64,000 bases of DNA, from positions 3,826,831 through 3,890,830 of the forward strand of contig CM082578.2 in NCBI GenBank assembly GCA_040954595.2, read 5' to 3'. A program made the translations under genes and the position numbers. This document shows positions 13,420 to 25,636 of this stretch, one piece after another. This DNA comes from Balanoglossus misakiensis (lineage: Eukaryota > Animalia > Hemichordata). Every line of letters starts with the position of its first letter. Position 1 is the first letter of the stretch. A model generated the notes under the pieces. It did not search any database, had not been told where the DNA came from, and saw only the letters and a program-made list of their open reading frames with translations.

Positions 13420-14329
13420 AACCTGACTGTAAAGGTCATTGCAGGAGTTGCCTGATCAGTGTGCAGTTCCAGGTTTGACACAATACATCACTAACCAGTT
13501 TTACATGGGTTCAAATAATAGAAAACCATTATGATTGATTAAAGTTTTCTATATTGTGTAATGCTGTAATACCAAATAATCCAACATGACGTCACCAGCT
13601 TTTACTGCTTAATGTATACTAAGGTGAGCATATCGAAGGGAATTTTAATTGAGAAACAATGTTTAACGCATGATTTTGAAAGTAATGCACTGCTTTTTAA
13701 CCATGAATCAACGCGCAGTGGCCTGCCATTATTCGCAAATGTTTTGATGGAGAACAGTATATCGAGTTTGACATTTACATGTATCCCACGCGTAGATTAC
13801 AAAGATAGTCATTTTGGAATATAGGTCATTGATAAATTAAAGCCTCAAGAGCTACCACTTTTTGCATTATCTTCAGGATTTTATTTTCCAACTTAAATTG
13901 GTCCATCTAAATAAGCTTACTGATAAGTATACATGACCGCCTTATCGATACCCGATTTTGGATGTATGCAGCGATTTGAAAACGCTTTGTATTAAAACTG
14001 TGTCTCACCAATTTGATCAGCCTCCATACAAACAGTACACTCAGCTATATATCGTGGTATATGTCGCGAAGAGATGACAAACTGATGCAATTGTAAGTGA
14101 TATGGTAAGGATTTTAGAGGATATATATCTGAAGTGTTTTACTGTTGAAAAATATTTGTGAAATTTTCTAGGCAGCTATAGGGGCTTGAAAACATTTGCT
14201 CGAACCTCTCCATCACAGACTTCAACTACTCTAGTGTCACGAGAATACCGCATAGTTCCTGCAATTTCGGGACAGCAGACCACGTCAGTCAGTTCAGGTA
14301 AATGTCCATTCCATGGGCATGGATGCTGT

Positions 14330-14862
14330 GTCTGATTTAATTATTGAAGAAACGAACGATATAACAAAACATTTTTCGCACTTGACTGCATCGCACATAT
14401 ACCCTTTCTCCCATCTTCATCGGTTCTGGTTATTTCATTATTATATGGATATGAACTTTGTGCAGCTATTTATATCAGAGAAATATTTCTCCCATAACAT
14501 AGCTGTATACTCCTTAACATTTCCAAATAATAATGGTCTGTAAATATACTTGCTCATCCCATTCTCAACACACATTCTACCGTGGGAAATCTTAACCCAG
14601 CTAAGGAGTCTTGATATAATAGTGAACGCCGGTAGTCAAATGTAAGTTCAGCCAGCCACCACGTAAAATTCTTCATGCTGATTTAGGATGGAATTTCTGG
14701 CGTTCTCACAACCCCTATCCAATACTAAATTAATGTTCTGACACATGCATAGATGTTTGTCATTTTTTGAACGTTTTGCAGGTGTCACCAAAGTTCGACC
14801 TCAATTCTTCCCTTTGTCTGTGTAGTCACCTAGGAATGATGGGAATCGTTTCATCTGATTGA
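14330..14862 (+). pseudogene. Degenerate paralog 1 of the CTL-GAIN gene (3' exons); terminal GPS exon 14782-14862
   Basis: ttgcag|VSPKFDLNSSLCLCSHLGMMGIVSSD*. Upstream FHYYMDMNF-VQLFISEKY..YSLTFPNNNG weakly resembles FHYVTDLVF..IFLPEA..YYIVFDLTSG of the main gene. Confidence 0.7.
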
Positions 14863-15299
14863 CGATGCTACGATTAGCACAGGGGCGTCCGGCTGTCCTA
14901 AGATATAACAATACCAATCACAGGTTATGGTTTACTGTTCAAATGTTTCAATTATTTTAGATGTCTATTTCGATACACATCATTGAAAGCAACCGAATGC
15001 TTTTTGTGCCAAATTGTAGGGCGCAGATATGTTTTGTATACATGGTTCTTTATTGACTCAAGCTATGAAAAATGGAATAGTCTTATAGTGAGACAAGCTA
15101 TGAGAACAAGTGAAGTGGGAATAGAGGCGCTCTGATGATGACTGTTATACAAGGCACTCAATGTATTCTTGTAAGATGCTTATAAATATATATATTGCTT
15201 GATCGGTGGGGAAGGGTACAATGCATTTGACAATTTTGCATTCCTCACATAGTGGGAGACGATCGACTTTTGGAATGTTGATATGGGAGGCTTTGTCGT

Positions 15300-15415
15300 A
15301 TTTGGGTAAATTTTGCAGATACTTTTGTACCAATGTGCTGAATTCATATTTGCATATTTCTTCACCAACATATCTCGCAGCAGAAGTAAGTCAATATCTG
15401 AATAATGCAAATGTT
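15300..15415 (-). pseudogene. Inverted degenerate copy of CTL-GAIN exon 50091-50161
   Basis: Minus strand reads attcag|atattgacttacttctgctgcgagatatgttggtgaag (DIDLLLLRDMLVK) versus attcag|atgatgacttacttctgctgcgggagagattggtcaag (DDDLLLLRERLVK). Confidence 0.8.
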
Positions 15416-16257
15416 AAAAGTGGGTGACATGTATTTCTATAGCTACAAAGTTTGAGGAAAAGAAATGTGACCATAAATAAATTAAAACCACTCTCTCAGT
15501 ATCTACCCCGGAGCCCCTTACCGGTTGGTTAACCTCTGGGAACCGTGCATTGTAGCGTCATTGGTGTGGACAATGCACGTAAAGCAAGGCATTAAATATG
15601 GATATCACATGTACACTCAAGAAAAATGTATATTTGCATGACAATAAGCCGGAATTCCATTAGTTGGGTAAAATAGATGTTTTATACATAATCCCCATTG
15701 GTTATGACAGGAACACTTTAATGATTAATTCCCCTGTATTCAATTTATTCGTTTACCGCACGTCACAATTCTATTCATTCCTTCCTTTTCATTTTGTGAC
15801 TGTAATAAATACATAAGTAGTAATTTCCCGCATTGCATGCTGTACTGGTGCATACTTAATTAAGTAGGGAAAACAAATCGCATACATGATTCATCGCTAG
15901 ACACAAGTTTGCTATTTGCATGTCACTCCACATGTGGTTAAAGGTCTCCGGCCATAGCAATTCAGCCCTGCCAATTAATTCAGCCAATCTTTTGTAGATC
16001 ATGGTGACCTGTGACCTGAGTTGCTGCGGTTTGAGTCCTTTTGGCATACAAATAGAATTTCGAAAATGAAGACCAAAATGACAGACACAAGTCTGGATTC
16101 TAGACTACCATGTCATAGACCCCTATGCAGTGTGCATTCAAGGTCTCGCTGTACTGTCATGATATAGGGCCTTCATTCTATCACCTGATCTTTACGCCAT
16201 TGTGAGGTCACGGTGATCAAGTTTAATATTTCGTGATCGGCGCTGGTGTTAGGTTGA

Positions 16258-16495
16258 ATATTCCGAATAACAAATTTACCGAAACTTGCTCTGGCCGTTA
16301 GACGGTGGTCGACAGTGGCACCGTTCTCCCAAACCAGCAGAAACGCCGATACGACAGACGACATCAAGTCGTTTGAGGACATTCCCCGTCCAAGGAAGAA
16401 ACTCCTCTCGTACATCGATATCTTCCGCAAATACCCCAAGTGGCGCCGTGAGATCTTTGAATCCATGTGGCGGGAAAAATTCGGGATAGTCAATT
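16258..16495 (+). pseudogene. Orphan first-exon-like fragment resembling a mitochondrial-clan cytochrome P450 N-terminus
   Basis: IFRITNLPKLALAVRRWSTVAPFSQTSR (transit-peptide-like) is followed by KSFEDIPRPRKKLLSYIDIFRKYPKWRREIFESMWREKFG, matching the 'F.EIP.P ... KYG' pattern. The start codon reads ATA. Confidence 0.5.
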
Positions 16496-16670
16496 GTGTT
16501 GTCGTTGCAGATCCCGTCACCGCTGCACTCGAGCTGTAGGCACATATCAGCGTCGTGTGCCTGCGTGTGCCAATATTATGTAGATAGTGATCTCTTTTAA
16601 CTGACATGTGACAAAACTTGTACATAGTAGTAATTTGGTTATTTTGTTAATACCAATATACCACATTCAT

Positions 16671-16771
16671 TTGCTGCAGTTTTGCAGCCCCTGCGGCCGG
16701 CTCCCCTTGACGACTCCCCGCAAAAACAAAAATATTCCAGGGGAGCCGCAGGGGCTGCAAAACTGTAGCAA
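16671..16771. repeat. Small hairpin MITE
   Basis: TTGCTGCAGTTTTGCAGCCCCTGCGG...CCGCAGGGGCTGCAAAACTGTAGCAA inverted arms. Confidence 0.75.
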
Positions 16772-17034
16772 CACATTCATATGCTCCATACATCCACTGT
16801 CATAGGATAGGGTCTTGATCTCCAAAATTTGTTAAATGCAAATCACACGCTTTTGCCAAGTAGCTTTAGAAACATTCTTAATGGTCGCTAGCAATTGTTC
16901 AATCTGATTAAAATCAGATGTAGGGAACGGCGACGTGTTTTTTATGCTGTCGTCTCACACTACATCTGACCAACTGCTACTGAAGCTCCCGTTGAAATCG
17001 CGCATTCAGACCTGGCCAATTCTGGCTGTCTTAA

Positions 17035-17759
17035 GGTGGCATTGCACGAAACCGTCAAGACTTTTTCAGAGGCCTATTTCTCATCAAAGACAACATTAAA
17101 ACCCCTATAAACCATACATATTCTGGAAGCTGAGTTTTTGAACTTTTGTTTGAGTTGCACATTTTATTGACCCCCGGAAATGGTTGCGTTTTGGGGTTAA
17201 AATCATTTTTTTGTATTATGTCATTCAATTGAAATTAGGTAAAAAAGTTGACCATGCATCATGCATCTTAATATGTCATTCGAAACTAGAGTACACGTTC
17301 AAAACAACGAAAATTTTGTTTTGCGTTATCTGCTTCCATTGAGGAGTAATAGCATTTGTTAGATTTTTTGAAAATTTGATCAAATTCACGATGAGTTGTA
17401 TTGAATCAGAGTTTATTCCCGGCGCCAGGAACACTTTATCGACTAAAAAAAAAACTTTGTTGGATGGGTCATACACAATCCCCTGTTAAAATTTCAGCAA
17501 ATTCGGACAACGCAGAGCGAAGCTAAATTCTTCTGAAGTTGTCAAAAGCAGCGAAAATGCAAATTGAGAAACGAGGCCATTTGCATTGTTGACACCTATT
17601 TGTTAAGCTGTGGATTCATTCATAAAAGTGCTATTTTGGGTGATTATGCACCATTTCCGCCAAGACGCTGTTGTCATAATGTGGATCAGTATTAGACCTT
17701 CCGATTTATGTAAAAAAGAAAAGTTTGGCAAAAATCACAACTTTTCATGCAATGCCACC
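17035..17759 (+). mobile_element. Complete TTAA-flanked MITE (Kolobok-like)
   Basis: TTAA|GGTGGCATTGCACGAAA ... TTTCATGCAATGCCACC|TTAA; second copy at 2803-3497. Confidence 0.85.
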
Positions 17760-18315
17760 TTAAATAGGTACGGACATTGGAGGCATCCATCTTGTTTATG
17801 ATCACGTGGTCTGCCCAGGTTTCTTGGCATGATATCAGGCCGTACCTGACCCCTTTCCCTTTAGCGTAGCGCAGCCAGCGGGATTGGGGCAGGGGACCAG
17901 ACTAATACAAATGATGAACTGTCGCTGATCATTCATAAAATCTCCTAAGAAGTCGTCATGTTCGCCCTCGAAGTCATGCCGCCAGTCGGGAAAATGACGT
18001 GCTTCATGTAAAAGTTAATAAAAAACAATTTCCACTGCCATGCCATGTATCCCAAATCCATTAATGTGACAGGATTTTTAAAATGACGCTAACTTCGGCT
18101 AAGGAAGGTCAAGTCAGGGCAGTCGGTCGGTACGCGTTTCCGCAGAAATACAAACGATCGTGGCGACAGAATATCACCCTGGGACGGCCTTAGGCTGCAT
18201 TCACAAACACCTCTGGGGGGGGGGGGGGGGGTTCGAAAAAATGTAGGTTATGTAAGGGGGGATTTGAAATAATTTATGTACTGAAACGTGGGGACTTGAA
18301 AACTTTTCGGACTAA

Positions 18316-20600
18316 GGGACTGTCCAGAATTTACTTCCAGGGGGGGGGGGGGGGGGCTGGAGGATTTTCAGGGGGGGGGGCACCCATTTTCCCCAAGAAA
18401 AATTAGGGGGGGGGTCAGACATAAAAATCACAATCCCTTAGGGGGGGCATGTAAAAAACCCTCACAAACTCAAAATTTGCTCAGAAGTACTGATTTATAA
18501 GAAACAAACCACCATGGCTACCTGGATGACAGATGAACTCCACAAGTGCATTAAAGTGGAACGACACCCACAATTTTGGGCTTCAAAGTACAAACCGGGT
18601 GTCAAAAACGGCAACGTTCCGATGGGTTAATTCACTTTCACTTCCTGCGCAAGCAGAAGACGCGAGTTGAAAATACTACAGTGACGTCAGCAACTTGCGT
18701 TGCAGTCGACGCGCAGCGCTCTTACACGTTTGACGTGTCATTTCCAATAAACAGACACATTTTGCGCGGATCTGACATGGCGAAATGTCAAGTTCATGAT
18801 TTTAAAAACATATTCGGAAAATCGACGGGGATAAGTTTCTTTCAAAGGCAATGCTCTACGTGTATTGTATTTGTCGATGCGTGCAGACATAGACCCTGCA
18901 ATGTCCACGATGCCATGCATGTCGACGTTTATGAACAAACCAAACCGTAAGGCCTATACAAAGTTGTTCTAACTGCCGCTGATAATAATAAACGTACCGT
19001 TTTAAATCCTTCCTGCACGTTTTTTGGTACACGTGTTTGGGTTTAATTTCCATTTATTGACGATCGCATAGTTATCAAATGAAAGCAACTAAAAGGGGCA
19101 GTTTTAATACATTTCAAGAGACGAAACATGCATAGAATAACTATGGTATTGGCTTCCATTATACTACGGACGTACTACACCTGGAGAGCAGGACGATGCA
19201 CCTGCGTTCTTTTCAACTCCATAAAAGGTGACAAAGTATTTTTGTAAGAAAAGTGGTTCGAAAAGGTGACAACGAGGGAGAGACAACGAGGGAGGGTATT
19301 GTTTAATAACAGCATTGTCTGTTTCACCATAGACCCTAGGGTCTATGGTTTCACTGAAACCACACCAAGTGTAAGCCTTGACAAACGGGACCCATCGGAG
19401 ATCAGAACTGCATGAACTTTTGTCCTCTGTAAAATTCAGTCGCTTGGTCGTAGAAGGGAATCTCTGGTTCAAAATTGTAGCCTACTACCCGAGAATATGT
19501 TGCCATGCTAACGTCGTCGGTCGCGTGAGTGCAGGCGTGTATAAGCATAAGCTCGCTCCAACGCGTCGGCAGCGGACAACGGTACCACAAGTTGCTGACG
19601 TCACTCACTTCCGGGTTCGCGCACTTTTTGGCTGGCTGTAGCTCTGTTATGCGTAAGTGAAAGTGAATGAAACCAACGTTTTTCATAGTACTTTTTAATC
19701 GCATTTCGCAGAATTGGCTCAAAAACGGATCACAACGCTCACTTTAAGCTTGAATTTCCGGTATTTTTTACGGTGGGTTATTTTGTATATCTACTACAGT
19801 TTCTTGTTCTACTCTGTGAAGCATAATAAAATGCCCAGTATTTGGCCTGCCAGCACAGACCATAAATGTACAGTGAACAGTCAGTGTTGTTACTGTTGAC
19901 GAGCTCAATTCAAGTCCAGACTAGAATTCGTTAATTTTCTCATCAATCATTCATATATGTATATAAAAAGTTAATTTGCTTTTGGGTTCATTAAAATGCA
20001 GCTTTGAGCTCTGTATTTTATAACATTTTCTTACGTCGGAGGGGGACACCCCCTCCCAAACCACCCCCTTCACTTCTCGGTTTACAATATCTGCCAACAC
20101 AGAATACAAATACTTAAAAATATAAACAATGTTCAGTTTTAATATACACGGATGAGGAAAAACATCAGTTTCAAATTATTTTCATGGGAGCGCTGTTTTT
20201 CTTTTTTTACAAGATAGATAGGTGATGTGTTTTGCTGTGTGAAAGAAAATGGGGGGTGGGATTTCAAAATTTTAAGCCGTTCGGAAGGGGGTACTTGAAA
20301 ATATTTCGGGTTGTGCACGGGGGGCATGTGAAAATTAACGGTAAAAAAATTTAATTCTCCCGCCCCCCCCCCCCCACTCCAGAGGTGTTTGTGAATGCAG
20401 CCTTATCAGACTGTTTGTGTCGTAGTCTGTAAGCATGCATGTATATATTGGGGGAAGGGGGGGTTCATGGAAAAAAAAACAGGAAATTTAAGGGGGGCCA
20501 CAGATTTCCCCCACAATTTACAAGGGGGCCATGGAAAAAAATCACCAGGAAAATAAGAAATCCTCCAGCCCCACCCTGGAAGTAAATTCTGGACAGTCCC
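18316..20600 (+). mobile_element. Harbinger-like non-autonomous element family B
   Basis: TAA|GGGACTGTCCAGAATTTACTTCCAGG ... CCTGGAAGTAAATTCTGGACAGTCCC|TAA: perfect TIRs and a 3-bp TAA TSD. Confidence 0.85.
18555..19743. mobile_element. TTAA-flanked insertion inside element B
   Basis: TTAA on both sides, AGTG...CACT termini, and absent from the family-B copy at 2413-2790. Confidence 0.6.
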
Positions 20601-21661
20601 TAAATATTGATTTTGAGTCCACAAAAATGCAGTTTTAAACCCTTCATATTTTTTTTTCTTTTGTGCGAGGGGGACACCCCCTCCCACACCCAACCACGTC
20701 ATTCTTCAACACCTTCCAATCATTGACTGGTTTATCTAGTGTCCCCGGTCAGGGGATTTACCCCCCCCCCCCCCCCCATGCTAACTTTGAGCGGCGAAGG
20801 TTAAATTTGTCCTCCCCAACATACCAGTAGTTGAGTTAATTTGCTTTTGGGTTCATTAAAATGCAGCTTTGACTCTTTATTTAAAACATTTTCTTACGTG
20901 GCAGGGGGACACCCCCTCCCAAACCCACCCCCTTCACATCTCGGTTTAAATGTCTGCCAACACAGAATACAAATACTTAAAAAATATAAACAATGTTCAG
21001 TTTTAATACCCACTGATAAGGGAAAACATCAGGTTCAAATTCTTTTCATGGATAGATAGGTGATGTGTTCTGCTGTGTGAAAAAAAATGGGGGGATTTCA
21101 CAATTTTAGCAGTTCGAAAGGGGGGTGAAAATATTTCGGGTTGTATACGGGGGGCATGTGAAAATTAACGGTAAAAATGAATTCTCACCCCCCTCCAGAG
21201 GTGTTTGTGAATGTAATCATTCTCTGACAATTTTACTGCGGCTTGTTGCCACGTCTTATACATTTCATTGGCCGGTGGAATATACATGTAGAGGTTCAGT
21301 CGTCACGCTGAACTGGCTCGAAACCGTTCCCCACGCTGACTCTCGCGCCTGGGATACGTCTGTGGTAGCTCCATGGTAACAACCGCAAGGGGCCAGGTCA
21401 TGTGATAACTGGATACATATCGTACGCTATAAGGCGCCTTTTGATTGGTTTACTGGCCCAGTAAATCCCGAAGATTTCAACGGGAGCTCCAGTGAGAGTT
21501 GGTCAGATGTAGTGTAGGCGACAGCATAAAAAAACATGTCGCCGTTGCCTACATCTGATTTTAATCAGATTGGCAATTGATGTACTGTTTAATTAAAGGA
21601 ATGTTTCAATGAACACGGTACATGTACGTCTTTGCTTCGTATTTTAATGAACATTTTGAAG

Positions 21662-21757
21662 GTGTCACCAAAATCCGACATCAATTCTACCCTGTATTTG
21701 TGTAATCACCTGACTGCTTTCAAGGCAATAGTGGGAATCGTCACATCTGGTGGATGA
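21662..21757 (+). pseudogene. Orphan terminal GPS exon, paralog 2 of the CTL-GAIN gene
   Basis: ttgaag|VSPKSDINSTLYLCNHLTAFKAIVGIVTSGG*, followed by the same ttagcacaggggcgtcc 3' motif as the other two copies. Confidence 0.8.
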
Positions 21758-23317
21758 TGCCACGTTTAGCACAGGGGCGTCCAATTTGGTTGTAGAGGTA
21801 ACAACACGAAACGCATGCTGCAGAAGTTATGGGTTATTGTTCAAGATTTATTTCGGTATTTTAGATGTCTTTTCAAAATACGTATCATTGAACGTAACTG
21901 CATGCTTTTTGTCCTAATTTGTAGCAAGTAGATATGTTTTGCACATGGATCTTTATTGGTCCAGAGTGGAGTACAAATCTTGTCGTCCATGGCTAGTCAG
22001 TCCTTTTTAAAATAAAGCCATCTAAAGAAATCTAGACTCTACACGTGTCCCGTCTCTCCTACATCCCAACCGCCACCCTGACCAGAAAGACTCTACGAAT
22101 GTATCCCACCATTAAAGGAAGACACGATAAGACTATGAAATATTTTCCTTGATGACGTAAGTTACAAAGCTTTTAAAAATGTTGCATTCTCTACAATAGT
22201 GACAGTCGATCAATTTTTAAATGTAGATATCTGGGAAAACTTGTGTGAAGAAGGCGTTAAAGGCAAGATATTAAACATATATCGAACGTGCATTCCAGAA
22301 AACAAATATGTTTCGAGACAATATGCTGAATTTTCCTTTAGTGGGTCCAGCAAATGTTTTCTACAAAATGTCCGCTGGTTATGACTCGAACACATTGATG
22401 ATTAATACTACTTTTGTTTTATGTATCCATTTACCGGAAGCAACAATTTAATATTCATTCATTTCTTTTCGTTTCATGACAATGAGAAATACATTAATAG
22501 TAAAGTCACGCATTTCTTACTATAACTGGCGAATACTTAATGAAATAGGGGGAAAATTCATCGAGAGATACAAAGCCCGAATCATCAAATTAAACATTAA
22601 TCATTTTGAATGCAACTTCGTTACACGTGGATAAATGTATTTATCATGAGTATGCCTTCGTCTAAGTTGCATGTATAATGGCATATTGAAAGTATGCACA
22701 CGGCAGGACTATATACAGGTGGTCAAATATGCTGTAAAGTGAACATGTATGATTTTAACTTTTTGCTGACGTATCAAGAATGCTTTAACTGTTAGCCTCG
22801 CGGTCACGTGGGCAGCTAAACCCCAAATTTTGGCATAATTGTGCACTTTGGGTTAAAAGAATGAAACTTGGTACAGTTATGCATGGACCTTTCAATACGA
22901 GTAGCCCTTTTCAAGAGGTCAGTGGTGCTCTCCTTACATTGGATAGCAAGGGCACTCAGACAACATATCTTCAACGGCTGGCAGCGGTAAAACGGGCCCC
23001 TGAACTAGCATGCAGCAGGGAAAATGTGCGGTTAAACCACTGTCGTGTGAGGTTAAACAAACTAAATAAAATAAAAATACTAATTGAATTTACGGACGTT
23101 GTATTTTGGAACTGCTCTGGGGGAATATTTGGCATTTTGCATGCGCGCTGCCTGTCTTGTCACTTTTTGTCGTCTGCTTCATGTTTAATGCTCGATCCCG
23201 GCCACTCGTGTTTACATTCATGGTCGCCATGTTGGTTCACGATCGCAATTTCTCTTTCTGACGCTGTTTCGTTAAGAAAATGACACTGATATGCCACAAA
23301 ACCAAAATAGCAATAAC

Positions 23318-23440
23318 CCCCGCCTCAGTCCGGTGTACATTCGATTTTGGTACAATTCGCTGCATTCAGCACTTGGCTAACGGCTCGTGCTATATGTGTC
23401 GAATTGTACCAAAATCTCGTGTATACGCGCCTGCGGTGGT
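23318..23440. repeat. Palindromic MITE-like hairpin
   Basis: gtgtacattcgattttggtacaattcg ... cgaattgtaccaaaatctcgtgtatac. Confidence 0.65.
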
Positions 23441-24363
23441 TTTTTTTTTGCTTAATACACCGGTGTTGTTAATTCACTTTTGTTAACACCATTTGTTTGC
23501 TGTCTCCCACATAGATAATAGTTAGTCCAGTCGCCCCCGTAAATAATGGTACAGCCCTATACGAAGAATGTAATATGAGACTTCACATGCGCCTAACAGT
23601 CGGATCCCGGACTCAGATTTATCCTGAATGCCACAGTGAACATCCCAAAAAGTGAATCATTGGTGGCCAAATCGATTTGGTTTGTGGATGCAAGCGGCGT
23701 ACACCAAGATGCAACACAGGACTATATGTTATGCTCAGTTGCACAATGCTTACTTCTCAAACGACGATGAAATTAAATCGTTGATGAAGTGCGCACGGAC
23801 CAACAAATCCTCGCTTCGCGCGGGAACTAAAAAATTACAGACAAGAAATGATCGCAGTGTAACAATGACAAACAAACAAAGAATGCAACATTTCAACATG
23901 CAGATAATTTAATCTGTCAAGTTCATCTTGTCAACCCCTCCTTATGTTTGTGACTTTTGAAGAATGCGTGCCAGTATGTCTTACATGGCAATGCACACCT
24001 AACACTTGTCGGGCACCCTTTATTATCTTCGCAATACAGAAGACTGTTTTGTAACTTACTTTTAATTTAAGAATTTTAATTGTTCCAGCATGCACTCTAG
24101 TAAATTGTTCGTTAAGTCCTTCGGCAGGAGACTTGCGTACATGGACAAAAGACTTTCTCCTTGTTGTCTCCAAGAAAGTGTAGGGGTTGGGGCAATTGAC
24201 GCCGCAATGTTACGGTTGTCAACGATTGATCCAAACAACCCCGGGAGGTAACTGCTAACACATAAATAAAGGAACACGACGTAGCATCTCCATTTGGCTC
24301 CTGATCTCTCTCTGCAGTGGTTACAATTCTTTGTAAAACACGCATTATTTGTCAAGTAGTTCT

Positions 24364-24372
24364 TGTATAAAA
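24364..24372 (+). promoter_or_regulatory. TATA-box candidate for the CTL-GAIN gene
   Basis: TATAAAA about 35 nt upstream of a strong-context ATG (caaccATGg at 24403). It would imply a very short 5'UTR. Confidence 0.35.
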
Positions 24373-24402
24373 TGATCGCAGATTAGCCGTAAACTCGCAA
24401 CC

Positions 24403-25604
24403 ATGGCTTGCCGGAGAAGCTGTAAAATGTTACGAGATTGTCGTGAAATACCTTTGAAGTTAACGCTCGTCGCTTCATTCGTAATGTTTTCCATGGCATT
24501 ACTGCAGCAAGCAGGTAAGACACCAATTTTTGGTTTAGCACGTTCAGAAAGTTTGAAGTTCCTCAAAACATAAATGTTATCATTATTTCATGTATGATTG
24601 TAATTAAAATAACGATTTGATATCCAGATTGCAAGAGCGTTTACGGGTGGATGAATAACGATAGAGCTTACACATTTTGTGAGCGATTGGGTCTTCGCCT
24701 TGTTAAAGATGACAGCGAAAGAAAACACGCAGCTATACAAAAGACTTTAAGAGAACGAGGCGTATTAGGCGTGTGGTTCTGGATAGATGGACGGGTAACT
24801 GACAACGGAACCGTAGTCACGACAAGAGACGGGGAAATTTTAACCTACAAGCCAAGAACTTACAAGAGATTGGGAGGACAGTGCGTCTCACTGGAGTGAG
24901 TTGAGCCTTTTGACGATATAATTAAATATGAAAAATGATGTTTTTGTGGTCATTTTAATACAGCTTAACTTAAATCAATCACAGGGAATCGTGTGCAGAG
25001 GCATGAGATCTTTGAAATTTATCAGTATTGACAGAATTGATATACATTTGAATAATATCCAGATGTTACAATTGGCAATGTCTTTAGAAGAACATTATTG
25101 ACAATTGCACACCCATATACCTCGATTTTATGAGAAATTTAAAAATGCAACTTTGAGATATGTCCAGTTTCATCTCATCGTTACCTTTGAACACCAAACT
25201 TTCTCTGAAAAACGTGGTACAACATTTTACCTCATTTGTCTATTTTTTTCAAAATTTTCGATCAGGTTCACCTAATTCTCAATTATCCGTGGGTCTTAAT
25301 CAAATTATGGGGAAAATGTAGAAAACGTTTCTATAGAAATGTACGGGTTGACAGGCGTTAAGGGGTGAAACTTATATATACATGTACTTTCATAACTTTT
25401 TAATTCACAGAATTGATTGGCTATATCTTAAATGTTGGAAAATGATTTTAGCTTTATGTGAAAATGCAAGTAAGTTATACTTGAATGAAGTTTGTTTAAT
25501 GTTTTTATTTTGCATTCTATAACATTTTTTTTCTGTTTTATCACGGGAGTGATACCGTCGCCTTTAGCTCGCGTGTGACAGGTGAGCTAATGTCGCCACC
25601 TTTT

Positions 25605-25636
<32 letters not shown>

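Larger units (their letters stand above)
18193..21219 (+). mobile_element. Harbinger-like MITE family A with two right arms (ending at 20402 and about 21219)
   Basis: TTA|GGCTGCATTCACAAACACCTCTGG; perfect inverse followed by TTA at 20379-20405; degenerate inverse at 21196-21219. 19970-20402 resembles 20833-21219. Confidence 0.7.
16900..21572. mobile_element. Element with ~100-bp terminal inverted repeats enclosing a nest of MITEs
   Basis: 16900-16999 (CAATCTGATTAAAATCAGATGTAGG...CCCGTTGAAATC) is the reverse complement of 21473-21572, with some mismatches. Confidence 0.75.

Noticed and set aside
25063-25110. Missing CTL C-half exon for variant A (ccag|atgttacaattggcaatgt)
   Set aside because: The required frame reads CYNWQCL then TAG; at most a decayed relic.
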